DNA of 30,499 bases from a virus (Duplodnaviria > Caudoviricetes), in IMG/VR virus record IMGVR_UViG_3300031450_000011, positions 1 through 30,499 of that record. One strand, written 5' to 3'. This document shows, one piece after another, positions 9,832 through 19,484 of this stretch (position 1 is the stretch's first letter; each line of letters begins with the position of its first letter). A model generated the notes under the pieces. That model did not search any database. It saw only the letters and a program-made list of their open reading frames with translations, and was not told the origin of the DNA. A program made the position numbers and the translations under genes.

Positions 9832-10074
9832 ATGCCTGACGCCCCGCTGACCGCGGAGGAGTACCTCGCCGCGGTCGACAAGGAGTGGTCGCAGTTCGTC
9901 GCGATCGAGCCGATCTACCACGGCAACGCGCTCGCGGCGATGCCTGGCCAGCCGGTCCCCGCCTCGAACGTCGCCCAGTACGGCTACCTGGAGAAGAAGC
10001 TCGTCGCCAGGGTCACCACGAAGGCGGCTGCGGCCGTCACCAGCGGCACCACCGACACCACGAAGGGCGCGTAA
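9832..10074 (+). CDS. Small hypothetical virion-region protein
   Basis: GAGGA RBS, GC3-rich. Confidence 0.75.
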   Translation: MPDAPLTAEEYLAAVDKEWSQFVAIEPIYHGNALAAMPGQPVPASNVAQYGYLEKKLVARVTTKAAAAVTSGTTDTTKGA

Positions 10075-10077
10075 CCG

Positions 10078-10671
10078 ATGCCTACCACCCTGCCCCCGCC
10101 GAACCTGCTGTCCGGTCCCGGCATCCTCCGCTACGCCCTCCTCGGGTCGGCGCTGCCGGGGATGGTCTCGAACCCCGCCGGCACCGCGTTTGCGGTCACC
10201 GACACTTGGCCGACCGTTTGGCAGATGCCTGGGATGACCGTCGACGGCACCGAGTTCCACCCGCAGATCACCCTGGCCGGGATCACCCCGGCGGAGATGA
10301 TCGACGCGGCGCAGTTCTTCACCACGGACCGGGTCACGGCGGTGCAGTTCACGCTGATGTCCTTCACCGCGAAGAACCTGGCGCTCGCGTTGAACGGCGC
10401 CACCCAGACGGTCACCGGCGTCGCCCCGGCGACGGTCACGAAGGTGACCCCCGCCGCGCCAGGTACGGAGGCCCGGCTCATGTGGGGCTGGGAGTCCGTC
10501 GCCGGCGATGTCCGCGCCGTCTGCTACCAGGCGATCAACTCCGGCGACCTGGCCACTCAGATGAAGAAGGCCCCGCAGGCGGCGACCTTCTCCTTCAACC
10601 TCAACCTGGAGACCCCCATCGCCACCGGACAGGGGTTCGAGTGGTGGATGACGAACAGCCGCGCCGCATGA
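10078..10671 (+). CDS. Major tail (tube) protein
   Basis: About 200 aa, Thr-rich, GPGIL.YA..GS..P and W...G.T.DG..F pattern; precedes chaperones. Confidence 0.85.
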   Translation: MPTTLPPPNLLSGPGILRYALLGSALPGMVSNPAGTAFAVTDTWPTVWQMPGMTVDGTEFHPQITLAGITPAEMIDAAQFFTTDRVTAVQFTLMSFTAKNLALALNGATQTVTGVAPATVTKVTPAAPGTEARLMWGWESVAGDVRAVCYQAINSGDLATQMKKAPQAATFSFNLNLETPIATGQGFEWWMTNSRAA

Positions 10672-11141
10672 GCCGCAACCTCGGGTCCTTCGGCCGCGCC
10701 CCTGAGCCGGTCGGCGAGCCGGACACGTTCGAGTACTTCGGCGCGACCTTCCGGGTCAACCCGGAGTTCGGGCAGCTCAACTTCATCGACTTCATGGAGC
10801 ACGCCGGGTCCCTGGACGACAACAGCGCCGAGGCCGCGGTGCAGGTCAAGGAGGCCTTGCGGATCACGCTGCACCCGGAGGACTTCGACCCGTTCTGGGT
10901 GGCGTCCTTGGCGAACCGGCAGACCACTACGGACCTCATGGGCCTGTTCGAGGCCATCCTGAAGGCGGTCGCGGAAACCGAGTCTGAGCGCCCTACTGGG
11001 CGGCCGTCCGTCTCCTCGGATGGGCCAGGGGTCATCCTGCCGAGTTCCGTGTCGCCGCCCGCCGATCCGGCTATGGAGCGGTTCGCTGGCCGGCCGGACC
11101 AGCAGGCGGCGGTGCTGATGATGCGCCGCGCCTCCGCCTGA
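10668..11141 (+). CDS. Tail assembly chaperone (gpG-like)
   Basis: ATGA overlap with tail tube; acidic, with RPTGRPSVSSDG tail. Confidence 0.8.
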   Translation: MSRNLGSFGRAPEPVGEPDTFEYFGATFRVNPEFGQLNFIDFMEHAGSLDDNSAEAAVQVKEALRITLHPEDFDPFWVASLANRQTTTDLMGLFEAILKAVAETESERPTGRPSVSSDGPGVILPSSVSPPADPAMERFAGRPDQQAAVLMMRRASA

Positions 11142-11380
11142 GAGACGTCTGCGACCTCGCGTTCGTCCTGCTCGCTGAGCGGGTCGAGCGGGAGTGGGCC
11201 GCTGACCGGGCCGGCTACGTGGTGGCCGCGTTGCAGTCCGAGGAGGGCGACGACGTCAAGCTCCCCGACCTGGAGGAGCGGCTAGCCAAGTTCGACGACG
11301 CGCTCGCCGCCGAACCGGTCCCGCTGTCCGAGCGGGAGCTCGCCGACCAAGCGTTTCTGCAATCTCTGGGGGTGGCGTGA
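10991..11380 (+). CDS. Tail assembly chaperone frameshift extension (gpT-like), -1 frame
   Basis: -1 frame opens after TGA 10985-10987 and runs PYWAAVRLLGWA...LRDVCDLAFVLL...QSLGVA* to a stop coupled to the next gene. Confidence 0.7.
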   Translation, partial: PYWAAVRLLGWARGHPAEFRVAARRSGYGAVRWPAGPAGGGADDAPRLRLRDVCDLAFVLLAERVEREWAADRAGYVVAALQSEEGDDVKLPDLEERLAKFDDALAAEPVPLSERELADQAFLQSLGVA

Positions 11381-11829
11381 GCGACATCGTCATCACCGGG
11401 GTGGAGCAGCTCGCAGCCCTCGGTGTGCGGTTGAAGGTGGCCGGCGCCAAGGATCTGCGGCGTGAGCTGCTGGCGGGGCTACGGGTCGCCGCGAAGCCGC
11501 TGGTCGCTGACGCTCGCGCGGCGGCGACCGCGCAGCTTCCCAAACGGGGCGGATTGAACGCGCGCGTCGCCAAGGACCCGATCCTGATCCGGAACCGGTT
11601 GACCGGTTCCGGGGTGGGTGTGCGGATCGTGACCACCACGAGCGACACCCGCGGCGCGAACCGGGGCACGTGGCGGCACCCGGTGTTCAAGACCGGGGCG
11701 TGGGTCGAGCAGACCTACGCGCCCGCGAAGGGCTGGTTCGACGACACGTTGACCAAGGCCGCCCCGGCCGCGCGGGTGCAGATCCTCGCGGCAATGGAGT
11801 CCGTGGCCTTGAAAATCACGAAACTGTAG
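11377..11829 (+). CDS. HK97 gp10-like tail/neck component
   Basis: ITGVEQL..L...LK, LRRELLAGLR, RHPVF, GWFD motifs. Confidence 0.65.
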   Translation: MSDIVITGVEQLAALGVRLKVAGAKDLRRELLAGLRVAAKPLVADARAAATAQLPKRGGLNARVAKDPILIRNRLTGSGVGVRIVTTTSDTRGANRGTWRHPVFKTGAWVEQTYAPAKGWFDDTLTKAAPAARVQILAAMESVALKITKL

Positions 11830-11842
11830 GCGAGAGGACGTA

Positions 11843-14800
11843 ATGCCCACTCTCGCGATGACCTTCGACGTGTACGCGCGAGACCGGGCGTCGGCGACGT
11901 TCGCCCGGATCGGCACGTCTGCTGAGGGCGCTGGGCTGAAGGCTGAGTCCTCGGCGAAGCGCATGAAGCACTTCGCTGAGGCCGTTGGCGCGATCGCGGT
12001 CCTCGAGGTCGGCAAGAAGATGATCGAGGCCGCTGGCAACTTCCAGCAGGGCACCAACGTGCTGGTCACCGCCGCGGGCGAGTCGGTCAAGAACCTGGGC
12101 ATGGTCCGCAAGGGCATCATGGACATCTCGGTGGGCACAGGGACGCCGCTGAAGGACCTGACCGACGGCATGTACCAGGTGGAGAAGGCCGGGTTCCGGG
12201 GTGGCGCTGGCCTGACGATCCTGAAGGCTGCTGCGCAGGGTGCCCGCGAGGAGGGCGCGAACCTTTCGACCGTTACCAGCGCCATGACCTCGACGATGCA
12301 GTCGTACCACCTGCCGGCGTCCAAGTCGGTGATGGTGATGAACGAGCTGAAGGCCGCGGCTGGCGAGTCCAAGACGACGATGGAGGAGTTCGCTGGGTCG
12401 CTGTCGACGGTGCTGCCTATCGCGTCGGCGAACCACATCTCTTTCGCACAGGTCGCCGGTTCGCTCGCGACCCTGACTCAGCACGGCACCAGCGCGAAGG
12501 ACGCGACACACGAGCTGGCGGCCACGATCCGGAACCTGGCCGCTCCAAACATGGTCGCGATCAAGGAGATGGGCCAGCTCGGCATCTCCAGCCAGGACGT
12601 GTCCTCGAAGCTGGGGCAGCGGGGCGTCGCTGGAAGCCTGAACTACCTGTCCGAGACGGTGCTGCGCAAGATGGGCCCGTCCGGCAAGGTGCTGCTCAAC
12701 ACGTTCCTGCAGTCGCAGTCCGCCGGGCAGGGCGTTACGACGATGTTGGGGGCGATGACGCCTGCGACGCGGGCGCTGGCTGAGCAGTTCATTCATGGCT
12801 CGATCACGAGCAAAGGGTGGGTGAAGGCTCTCGGCGGCATGACCCCGCAGCAGGCCTCTCTGGCGCGGCAGTTCGCGGTCGCCGAGAACAAGTCCAAGGG
12901 CTTCAACGCGGCGATCCGGGCGGGGATGCCGGGGTCGCAGACGTACACCGAGGCCATCAAGAAGATGACCGGCGGCGCGATCGGGCTGAACACGACCCTG
13001 CAGCTCACCGGGGAGTCGACCAAGGGCACCACAGAGCGGATCAAGGTGGTCGCCAAAGCGTTCAGCCAGGGCGGCAAGGACGTGTCCGGGTGGGCGTCGA
13101 CTCAGAAGCTGTTCAACGTCCAGATGGACATGCTCAAGGAACGTGTCCAGGTCATCGCCGTCCAGATCGGCACCGCGCTGATCCCGAAGGTGTTGACCGT
13201 CGCCAAGGCGTTCGGGAGCCTGCTCGACTGGATTCAGAAGAACAGCAAGTGGCTGAAGCCGCTCGCGGCGAACGCGCTCCTTTTCGCTGCTGGCATTGTG
13301 GTCATCACCAAGGCGATGAATGGGTGGAAGGCTGCGCAGGAGGCGCTCAACGCAGTGTTCAAGGCCAACCCGTTCGGGTTGGCAATTGCTGCCGTCTCCG
13401 CGCTCGCTGTCGGCATCATCTACCTGTACAACCACAACAAGACCTTCCACGATGACGTGGTCAGGAAATGGAACTCGATCAAGATCCTGATCCACAACGC
13501 TTGGAACCAGTACATCAAGCCCGCGCTGGAATCGTTCTCTAACTACATCACCGGGACCGTCGTTCCGGCTGTCAGCAAGTTCTGGACCAACACAGTCAAG
13601 CCCACGTTCCTGGCGATCGGCGGGTGGATCGCGAGCACCTGGACGAAGACAATCTGGCCCGCTCTGAAGGCGTTCGCCGGGTGGATCACCGGCACCGTTG
13701 CCCCTGCCATCAGCAGTTTCTGGACCCACATCGTTAGGCCGACCTTCCAGGCCATCGGCGGGTGGATCGCGAAGACGTGGACCGGGACGATCCTGCCGGC
13801 GCTTCGCTCGTTCGCCGGCTGGGTCACGGGCACGATGGTCCCGACGATCAGCAATTTCTGGAACAAGACCGTGAAGCCGACGTTCGCCTCGATCGGAAAG
13901 TGGATTGCCCTGACCTGGAACCTGGTCATCAAGCCGGCCCTGGCTGTGTTCGGCGCCTTCATCAAGGACGTGCTGATCCCGATCATCAAGCTCCTCTACA
14001 ACGCGGCGGTGAAGCCGATCCTGACCGCGGTCGGCGCCGTGTTCGTGACGGCATGGAAGGTCGTCATCAAGCCGGCCCTGACGGCTTGGGTCGCTTTCTT
14101 CAACAACGTGCTGTTCCCGGTGATCCGGTTCCTGTGGAACTACGTCGCGAAGCCGGTGTTCAAGCTGCTGGTCAGTGGCTTCCTGGCATTGGTGAGCACC
14201 ATCATTCACGGCGCGGCGACCATGTTCGGTTGGGTGCCCGGCGTCGGCCCGAAGTTGAGGGACGCCGCCGCGAAGTTCGACACTTTCAAGAACGACGTCA
14301 ACCGCGCGCTGGGCGGGGTGCTCTCCCGCAGCGTGACCGTGACCGCGACCGCGTCCTTCCGTGTCGGGACCGGCAGTACCGCGCTGAACACGCAGAACGT
14401 GGCGAACAAGCTGAAGGGCATGGGCCTGGCCTACGGTGGTCCGGTCCAGATGCCGGGCGCGCCGGACGGTGTCGACGCCATCCCGCTCATGGGTATGAAG
14501 GACGAGCACATGTGGACCACCGCCGAGACGAAGGCGGTCGGCGGCCATTCGGCGATGTTCCGGCTCCGCTCCGCTGCCCTCCGCGGTGAGCTGCGGGGTT
14601 ACAGCGGCGGCGGCCCCATCGTCCACCCGCGGACTCTCGGTCTGGGTCAGTTCCGCACCGGGGCGCACGCCGCCGACCAGGCTCTGGGCGCCCTGGCGAC
14701 CGGGCTGGGGGCGGGGATCGGTCGGCTCGTCAAGGACGCGATCGCCGCCGCGAAGGCCGCCGCCAGTGGTGGCGGCGGTACGTGGCACGGTTCGATGCCT

Positions 14801-15403
14801 GCTGGTGGCGCGGTGACCCGCTGGGCGTCGACCATCTCGCGGGTCCTCCGCGAGCTCGGTGGCCCCGCCGGCGCCCTGTACGGCATCGAGCACCTGATCT
14901 CGGCGGAGTCCGGTGGCAACCCCAACGCCATCAACCTCACCGACTCCAACGCCCGCGCCGGGCACCCATCCCGCGGGCTAATGCAGACCATCCCGACCAC
15001 GTTCGCCGCCTACGCCGGCCCATACCGCTCGCGGGGCATCTACGACCCCCTGGCGAACATCTACGCGGGCACGAACTACGCCCACCGCAACTACGGCTGG
15101 TCGATGCTGGCGGGCGGTGGTCGGCACACCAACTCCGGCGCCTACCTCGGCTACGACGAGGGCGGCGTCGCGCGGGGCAAGGGTTGGATGCCGAAGCACA
15201 CCATCGCTCCCGAGCGGGTCCTGGCCCCGCACATGACCAAGACGTTCGACAAGCTGGTCATGCTGCTGGAGCGCAACGGCGCTGCGGCGCTCGCTAACGG
15301 CCGCGGCCCCCTGGTGCACGTGGACCGGGTCGACGCGACCGTGGACCTGGAGCTGATCGCCCGGCACGCCGAGTTCCGGGAGCGTCGGGGCTCGTTCTCG
15401 TGA
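11843..15403 (+). CDS. Tape measure protein with C-terminal lytic transglycosylase (SLT) domain
   Basis: 1186 aa Ala/Gly-rich, TP901-like core, ANPFG, Trp/Phe-periodic repeats, ESGGNPNAINLTDSNA..GHPSRGLMQTIPTTF..Y. Confidence 0.95.
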   Translation: MPTLAMTFDVYARDRASATFARIGTSAEGAGLKAESSAKRMKHFAEAVGAIAVLEVGKKMIEAAGNFQQGTNVLVTAAGESVKNLGMVRKGIMDISVGTGTPLKDLTDGMYQVEKAGFRGGAGLTILKAAAQGAREEGANLSTVTSAMTSTMQSYHLPASKSVMVMNELKAAAGESKTTMEEFAGSLSTVLPIASANHISFAQVAGSLATLTQHGTSAKDATHELAATIRNLAAPNMVAIKEMGQLGISSQDVSSKLGQRGVAGSLNYLSETVLRKMGPSGKVLLNTFLQSQSAGQGVTTMLGAMTPATRALAEQFIHGSITSKGWVKALGGMTPQQASLARQFAVAENKSKGFNAAIRAGMPGSQTYTEAIKKMTGGAIGLNTTLQLTGESTKGTTERIKVVAKAFSQGGKDVSGWASTQKLFNVQMDMLKERVQVIAVQIGTALIPKVLTVAKAFGSLLDWIQKNSKWLKPLAANALLFAAGIVVITKAMNGWKAAQEALNAVFKANPFGLAIAAVSALAVGIIYLYNHNKTFHDDVVRKWNSIKILIHNAWNQYIKPALESFSNYITGTVVPAVSKFWTNTVKPTFLAIGGWIASTWTKTIWPALKAFAGWITGTVAPAISSFWTHIVRPTFQAIGGWIAKTWTGTILPALRSFAGWVTGTMVPTISNFWNKTVKPTFASIGKWIALTWNLVIKPALAVFGAFIKDVLIPIIKLLYNAAVKPILTAVGAVFVTAWKVVIKPALTAWVAFFNNVLFPVIRFLWNYVAKPVFKLLVSGFLALVSTIIHGAATMFGWVPGVGPKLRDAAAKFDTFKNDVNRALGGVLSRSVTVTATASFRVGTGSTALNTQNVANKLKGMGLAYGGPVQMPGAPDGVDAIPLMGMKDEHMWTTAETKAVGGHSAMFRLRSAALRGELRGYSGGGPIVHPRTLGLGQFRTGAHAADQALGALATGLGAGIGRLVKDAIAAAKAAASGGGGTWHGSMPAGGAVTRWASTISRVLRELGGPAGALYGIEHLISAESGGNPNAINLTDSNARAGHPSRGLMQTIPTTFAAYAGPYRSRGIYDPLANIYAGTNYAHRNYGWSMLAGGGRHTNSGAYLGYDEGGVARGKGWMPKHTIAPERVLAPHMTKTFDKLVMLLERNGAAALANGRGPLVHVDRVDATVDLELIARHAEFRERRGSFS
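13500..14170 (+). repeat. Degenerate 11/18-residue W/F-x-P repeats in tape measure
   Basis: Recurring ..FW...VKPTF.AIG.WIA.TW...I.PAL..FAGW.TGT units. Confidence 0.7.
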
Positions 15404-16248
15404 TCGTGTCCACGGCGCGGCTCCTGGACGCCGCGGACCGGGCCGTGGTCCTGGACTTCTCGGACCCGGCGTTGGGTCTGCTGTTGAACTACGTCGACAT
15501 CGGCTTCGGCAACGTCCGGGGCTCGGCGACCCCGCGGACGGGGCAGGACGGCACCGTCGACGTCACCAGTTTCGTCGCGGAGGCCCCGGTCACCGCGGAG
15601 GTCACTTTGCCCGCGGTGCCCGCCTCCTACTACCAGGTGGAGGACCGACTGCGGGCGCTGATGCACCCGTCGTTGCGGTACTACCTGCACGTCCTGCGGC
15701 CGGGTTGGCCGGCGGAGCGGCGGACGCTGGTGCGGGCGGCGTCGTTCGCGTGCCCCCCGGCGCGGCCGAAGGTGGCGCAGCTGGGGTGGGTCGCGGTCAA
15801 CGGCACCTTCGAGGACGCCGCGTCGACGTCGATCACGCTGTCGCCGTTGTCGAACGCTGAGTCTGGCCTGTCGACGCCGATCGCTTTGCCGGCCGCGTTC
15901 CCCGCCGGCTACTTGCCGGGGCAGTCGAGCGTCACCATTGGCGGCACCGCACCGACGTTGCCGATCGTCCACATCTACGGCCCGGTGACCAACCCGAAGG
16001 TGGTCTTCGGCCAGTTGACGTGGGCGTTGAACGGGTCGATCGGCGCGCAGGACTACCTGCACGTCAACTTCGCGGACCGCGTCGTGTGGCTCAACTCCGA
16101 CCCGAACCAGTCGATGTACGGGCAGGTGGACTTCACGGCGACGACGTGGTGGTCGATGCCGCCGGGTCGTGCGCAGATCGGCTTCTACCCCGACGTGGCC
16201 GCTCCGCCCGCCCAGGCGGTCGTGACGTGGCGCAACCGATACCTGTGA
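15400..16248 (+). CDS. Distal tail (Dit)-like protein
   Basis: Directly after TMP; C-terminal IYGPVTNP..WWSMPPG...VTWRNRYL. Confidence 0.8.
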   Translation: MIVSTARLLDAADRAVVLDFSDPALGLLLNYVDIGFGNVRGSATPRTGQDGTVDVTSFVAEAPVTAEVTLPAVPASYYQVEDRLRALMHPSLRYYLHVLRPGWPAERRTLVRAASFACPPARPKVAQLGWVAVNGTFEDAASTSITLSPLSNAESGLSTPIALPAAFPAGYLPGQSSVTIGGTAPTLPIVHIYGPVTNPKVVFGQLTWALNGSIGAQDYLHVNFADRVVWLNSDPNQSMYGQVDFTATTWWSMPPGRAQIGFYPDVAAPPAQAVVTWRNRYL

Positions 16249-16251
16249 GGA

Positions 16252-17163
16252 GTGCCAATGGCTCTTGAGCCACCGATCTGGCTGGAGGCTGCGGCGGGGG
16301 ATCCCCTGATCCAGCAGTCGGCCCGGCAGTACCGGACGGTCACCGACGCCGTCTTCAGTGTCGAGGGAATCGCCACCGGCCCTGCGTTGGCCGTCAGTCC
16401 TCGCGCGTTGGGCGCGAACATGTCGGTGGACGTGTCGGCGGGCATGTGCGTCATCGAGGGCGACTCCCAGTTCGGCACGCAGGGCATGTACGTCCAGCGG
16501 TCCACGGCGGTGGAGAACCGGACGATCACCGCGGCCCCGACTAGCGGTTCCCGCACTGACATCATCGTCGCCCAGCTCCACGACAAACAGGCCGACAACG
16601 GCACCGGATCCAACTGGACCATTACGGTGCTGCCGGGCACGACTGCCGTGCCGCCCTCGACGCTGCTGCTGGCGACGATCACTGTCCCTGCTGGTACGGC
16701 GTCGATCACGGCGGGGAACATCGCCGATGGCCGTGTTCTGACCGCGACGGGGGCGCGGGTCTACTGGACGGGTGACCGGTTCGGCGGCGGCAGCACCCCG
16801 AACGGCGGGTGGACCCTGATCCAGTCGTGGGGCGCTTCGTCGTCGTCGGGAATCACCTACAGCCTCGGCTACTTCACGGTTCCGGCGCCGGGTCACTACG
16901 TCGTGTCGGGTCAGGTGTCGTACCAGTCGCAGGCGGCCCCGGCGGGCCAGGTGGTGGTGCGCCTGCACATGGGCGGGACGCTGGTGGATGACAACGGGGC
17001 GCGGCCCGACTCGGCTTACTCCACGCGCCTCAAGTTTGCTGGGGCCCAGCGGCTGAACGCCGGCGACACGATCTGGGTTGAGGCCTACCAGTCGTCGGGC
17101 GCGTCGCAGTCGTTGGACGTGGGAGCTGGGTTGACCCACATCGACATCGTCCTGACGACGTGA
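16252..17163 (+). CDS. Minor tail protein / receptor-binding candidate
   Basis: NMSVDVSAG, RTDIIVAQ, LLATITVPAG..SIT..NIAD; C-terminal beta-sandwich (FTVPAPGHY). Confidence 0.75.
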   Translation: MPMALEPPIWLEAAAGDPLIQQSARQYRTVTDAVFSVEGIATGPALAVSPRALGANMSVDVSAGMCVIEGDSQFGTQGMYVQRSTAVENRTITAAPTSGSRTDIIVAQLHDKQADNGTGSNWTITVLPGTTAVPPSTLLLATITVPAGTASITAGNIADGRVLTATGARVYWTGDRFGGGSTPNGGWTLIQSWGASSSSGITYSLGYFTVPAPGHYVVSGQVSYQSQAAPAGQVVVRLHMGGTLVDDNGARPDSAYSTRLKFAGAQRLNAGDTIWVEAYQSSGASQSLDVGAGLTHIDIVLTT

Positions 17164-18257
17164 CCTGGGGCTTCGCCGCTGGCCCGTGGACGGGTCTGCC
17201 CACCACTGACCTGTCGCAGGCCACCGCGCGGTCTGTGACGTGGCGGCTAGCCGGCAATCACGAGGCGACGTTCACCCTCCAGGGCGACTCCGCTCAGGCG
17301 GAGGGCATCCGGGAGATGGTGTGGGACCTGTGGGTGTCGCACAACGGGACGCCGCTGTTCCGGGGCCGGATCGGACCCTCCAACGACACCCTCGACCCTG
17401 ACTCGACGTTGCCGGTCACCTTCTCCGCCGCGGACTACCGGGCGGTGTTGCAACGCCGGTTCCTGTACGAGGGCGACACCCTGTCCTATCTGAACGTCGA
17501 CCAGTCGGACATCGCGTGGGGCCTGATCACGTCGACGCAGAACAAGGTCGGTGGGAACCTCGGCATACGCCGCGGCCAGGGCCAGTCCACGGGCGTGCTC
17601 CGAGCCCGCTCGGACTACCTGGCTGGGGACAGCATCGGCGCGACCCTGGACCTTCTGTCCCAGGTGCTCGACGGCTTCGACTACGACTTCACCCCCAGCG
17701 TCGGCTCCACGACGATGGCGTTCGACATCTTCTACCCGAGCAGGGGCACGGACCGGGGGAAGGTCCTCGACTACGGCGGTCGGATCGCGTCGGCCACCCG
17801 CCAGGTGGACCCCTCCACCTTCGGCAACGCCGTCCGCGCGACGGGCGCCACCGGGCTCGCCGCCGTGCGTGCCGAGGCGCCCGGGCTGGCGTCCGACGCG
17901 GCCGGGCGGTGGGACCTGCAGTACGCCGAGCCTTCGGTCACCCTCGCGACCACCCTGTCAGCGAAGGCGCAGGCCACCCTCGCCGCCGGGCAGTACGTCG
18001 TCCCCTCGTGGACGGTCACGTTCAAGGCCGGCGAGTGGGGCGGCCCGGGCGACGTGTGGCTCGGTGACCAGGTGACCCTGGTCGTGAAGGCCGGGCGGTT
18101 GAACGTGGTCCAGTCGTTGCGGGTGTTCGAGATCAACCTCGCTTTGGACGAGAACGACGTCGACACGGTCACCCTCACCCTCGGCGCCCCGGACCCCAAG
18201 TGGTCCCGGACCGCCCGCAGGGTCAACCGGCGGCTCGCCGCCCTCGAACGCAGGTAG
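17160..18257 (+). CDS. Minor tail (hub/Tal-like) protein
   Basis: LFRGRI, LGDQVTL, VTLTLG..RRLAALERR ending typical of actinophage hub proteins. Confidence 0.75.
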   Translation: MTWGFAAGPWTGLPTTDLSQATARSVTWRLAGNHEATFTLQGDSAQAEGIREMVWDLWVSHNGTPLFRGRIGPSNDTLDPDSTLPVTFSAADYRAVLQRRFLYEGDTLSYLNVDQSDIAWGLITSTQNKVGGNLGIRRGQGQSTGVLRARSDYLAGDSIGATLDLLSQVLDGFDYDFTPSVGSTTMAFDIFYPSRGTDRGKVLDYGGRIASATRQVDPSTFGNAVRATGATGLAAVRAEAPGLASDAAGRWDLQYAEPSVTLATTLSAKAQATLAAGQYVVPSWTVTFKAGEWGGPGDVWLGDQVTLVVKAGRLNVVQSLRVFEINLALDENDVDTVTLTLGAPDPKWSRTARRVNRRLAALERR

Positions 18258-18265
18258 GAGGCCCC

Positions 18266-18616
18266 GTGACCTACGACGTGACGATCACCGACGACGGCGA
18301 GCTCCAGCTCTCCGACGACGGGATGATGACGACCCCGCTGGCGATCGAGGCGGTGCAGGCGCTGTATGCCCGCGTGCCGGACGCGCAGGCCGCCGCGGGC
18401 CGCGTGGGCCTGACGGGCCTGGTCCGGGAGCTGACGGCGCTGCTGGCGTCCACGCCGGGCATGTCTGGGACGTTCACGATCACCGGCGACGCGCTCGACG
18501 CGACGGTGCCGGCCGCGGCGTTCGCCGCCATCCAACAGGCGTGGGGCGCGACCCCCGATCCGACCACCGGGGCACTCGTGCACGGACCAGCGACCATCCA
18601 CCAGGCCGCCCCGTGA
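18266..18616 (+). CDS. Hypothetical protein
   Basis: AGGAGG RBS with GTG at 18266, GC3-rich. Confidence 0.75.
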   Translation: MTYDVTITDDGELQLSDDGMMTTPLAIEAVQALYARVPDAQAAAGRVGLTGLVRELTALLASTPGMSGTFTITGDALDATVPAAAFAAIQQAWGATPDPTTGALVHGPATIHQAAP

Positions 18617-19050
18617 GCCCTCACGGGCGGGTCGCCCGCACCATCACCGGGCGCCACGACCCCGACCGGTGGAAGTTCCTCGCCACGTTCGGCGTCATCT
18701 ACCTTTTCATCGGCTGGTCCTTCGTCGTATCCGAGCCGACCGCACCGGCCCGGGCTGCGCTGTCGTGGCTTCCCGTACCGTTCTGGATCCTCGGGGCTGG
18801 GTGGATGCTCGCCGGGTTCGTCGCCGTGCTCGCGGCGTTCGGCCCGACCATAAAGGACAAACGCGGCTTCGTGGCGCTGATGGTCCCTGCCAGCGTGTGG
18901 TCCGGCGCCTACGCGGTGACCGTGGTCCTGCAACTGTTCGGGCTGCACCAGGCTCCCCGCGCCTACGTCAGCGTCTTCATCTTCGGCGCGTTGGCCCTGG
19001 CGGTGGACCTGGTCTCCGGGATGGTGTCCGCGTCGCAGGTGCGGCGGTGA
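18613..19050 (+). CDS. Four-TM membrane protein (holin-like lysis accessory)
   Basis: GTGA coupling; four hydrophobic segments. Confidence 0.75.
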   Translation: MSPHGRVARTITGRHDPDRWKFLATFGVIYLFIGWSFVVSEPTAPARAALSWLPVPFWILGAGWMLAGFVAVLAAFGPTIKDKRGFVALMVPASVWSGAYAVTVVLQLFGLHQAPRAYVSVFIFGALALAVDLVSGMVSASQVRR

Positions 19051-19484
19051 GGCCGGACAACCTGGCCTTCGTCCTGGGGACCCTGATAACCGCTGGCTTG
19101 GCGTACCTCGGGGTCCGGAGGGTCAACAAGTCCAACGACGCCGCCGCCGCCGCCACCATCCGCTCCGTCGCCGACTCCGCTGAATCGTCGGCGTACACCC
19201 GCGGCCAGGACATGGTCCGGGAGGCGATGGAAGTCCAGCGCAACGCCTTCAACGAGACAGTCACCAGCCTGCGGGCGGACATGCTGCAGATGCGGGGCGA
19301 GCTCGCTGAGGTGAAGGCGCAGCTGCAGACGGCGCAGCTGCAGCTGCGGGCGTTGCAACGGGCCCGCGACCTCGAACGGCGCCAGTACCGGCAGTACGTG
19401 CAAAAGCTGCTGGACCTGCTGCACCAGCGCGGAGTCGAGTACCCACCCCCGCCGCCCTTCTTCGACGACGCCGACGAGTCCTAA
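19047..19484 (+). CDS. Single-TM coiled-coil protein (lysis accessory)
   Basis: N-terminal TM, heptad region LRADMLQMRGELAEVKAQLQ, C-terminal YPPPPP. Confidence 0.75.
   Translation: MRPDNLAFVLGTLITAGLAYLGVRRVNKSNDAAAAATIRSVADSAESSAYTRGQDMVREAMEVQRNAFNETVTSLRADMLQMRGELAEVKAQLQTAQLQLRALQRARDLERRQYRQYVQKLLDLLHQRGVEYPPPPPFFDDADES

Noticed and set aside
11816-17139. Long minus-strand ORFs (1049 aa, 662 aa) and similar shadows such as 3149-4462, 26598-28403 and 28279-29631
   Set aside because: Antisense or alternate-frame shadows of high-GC genes with Arg/Gly/His-rich, motif-less translations
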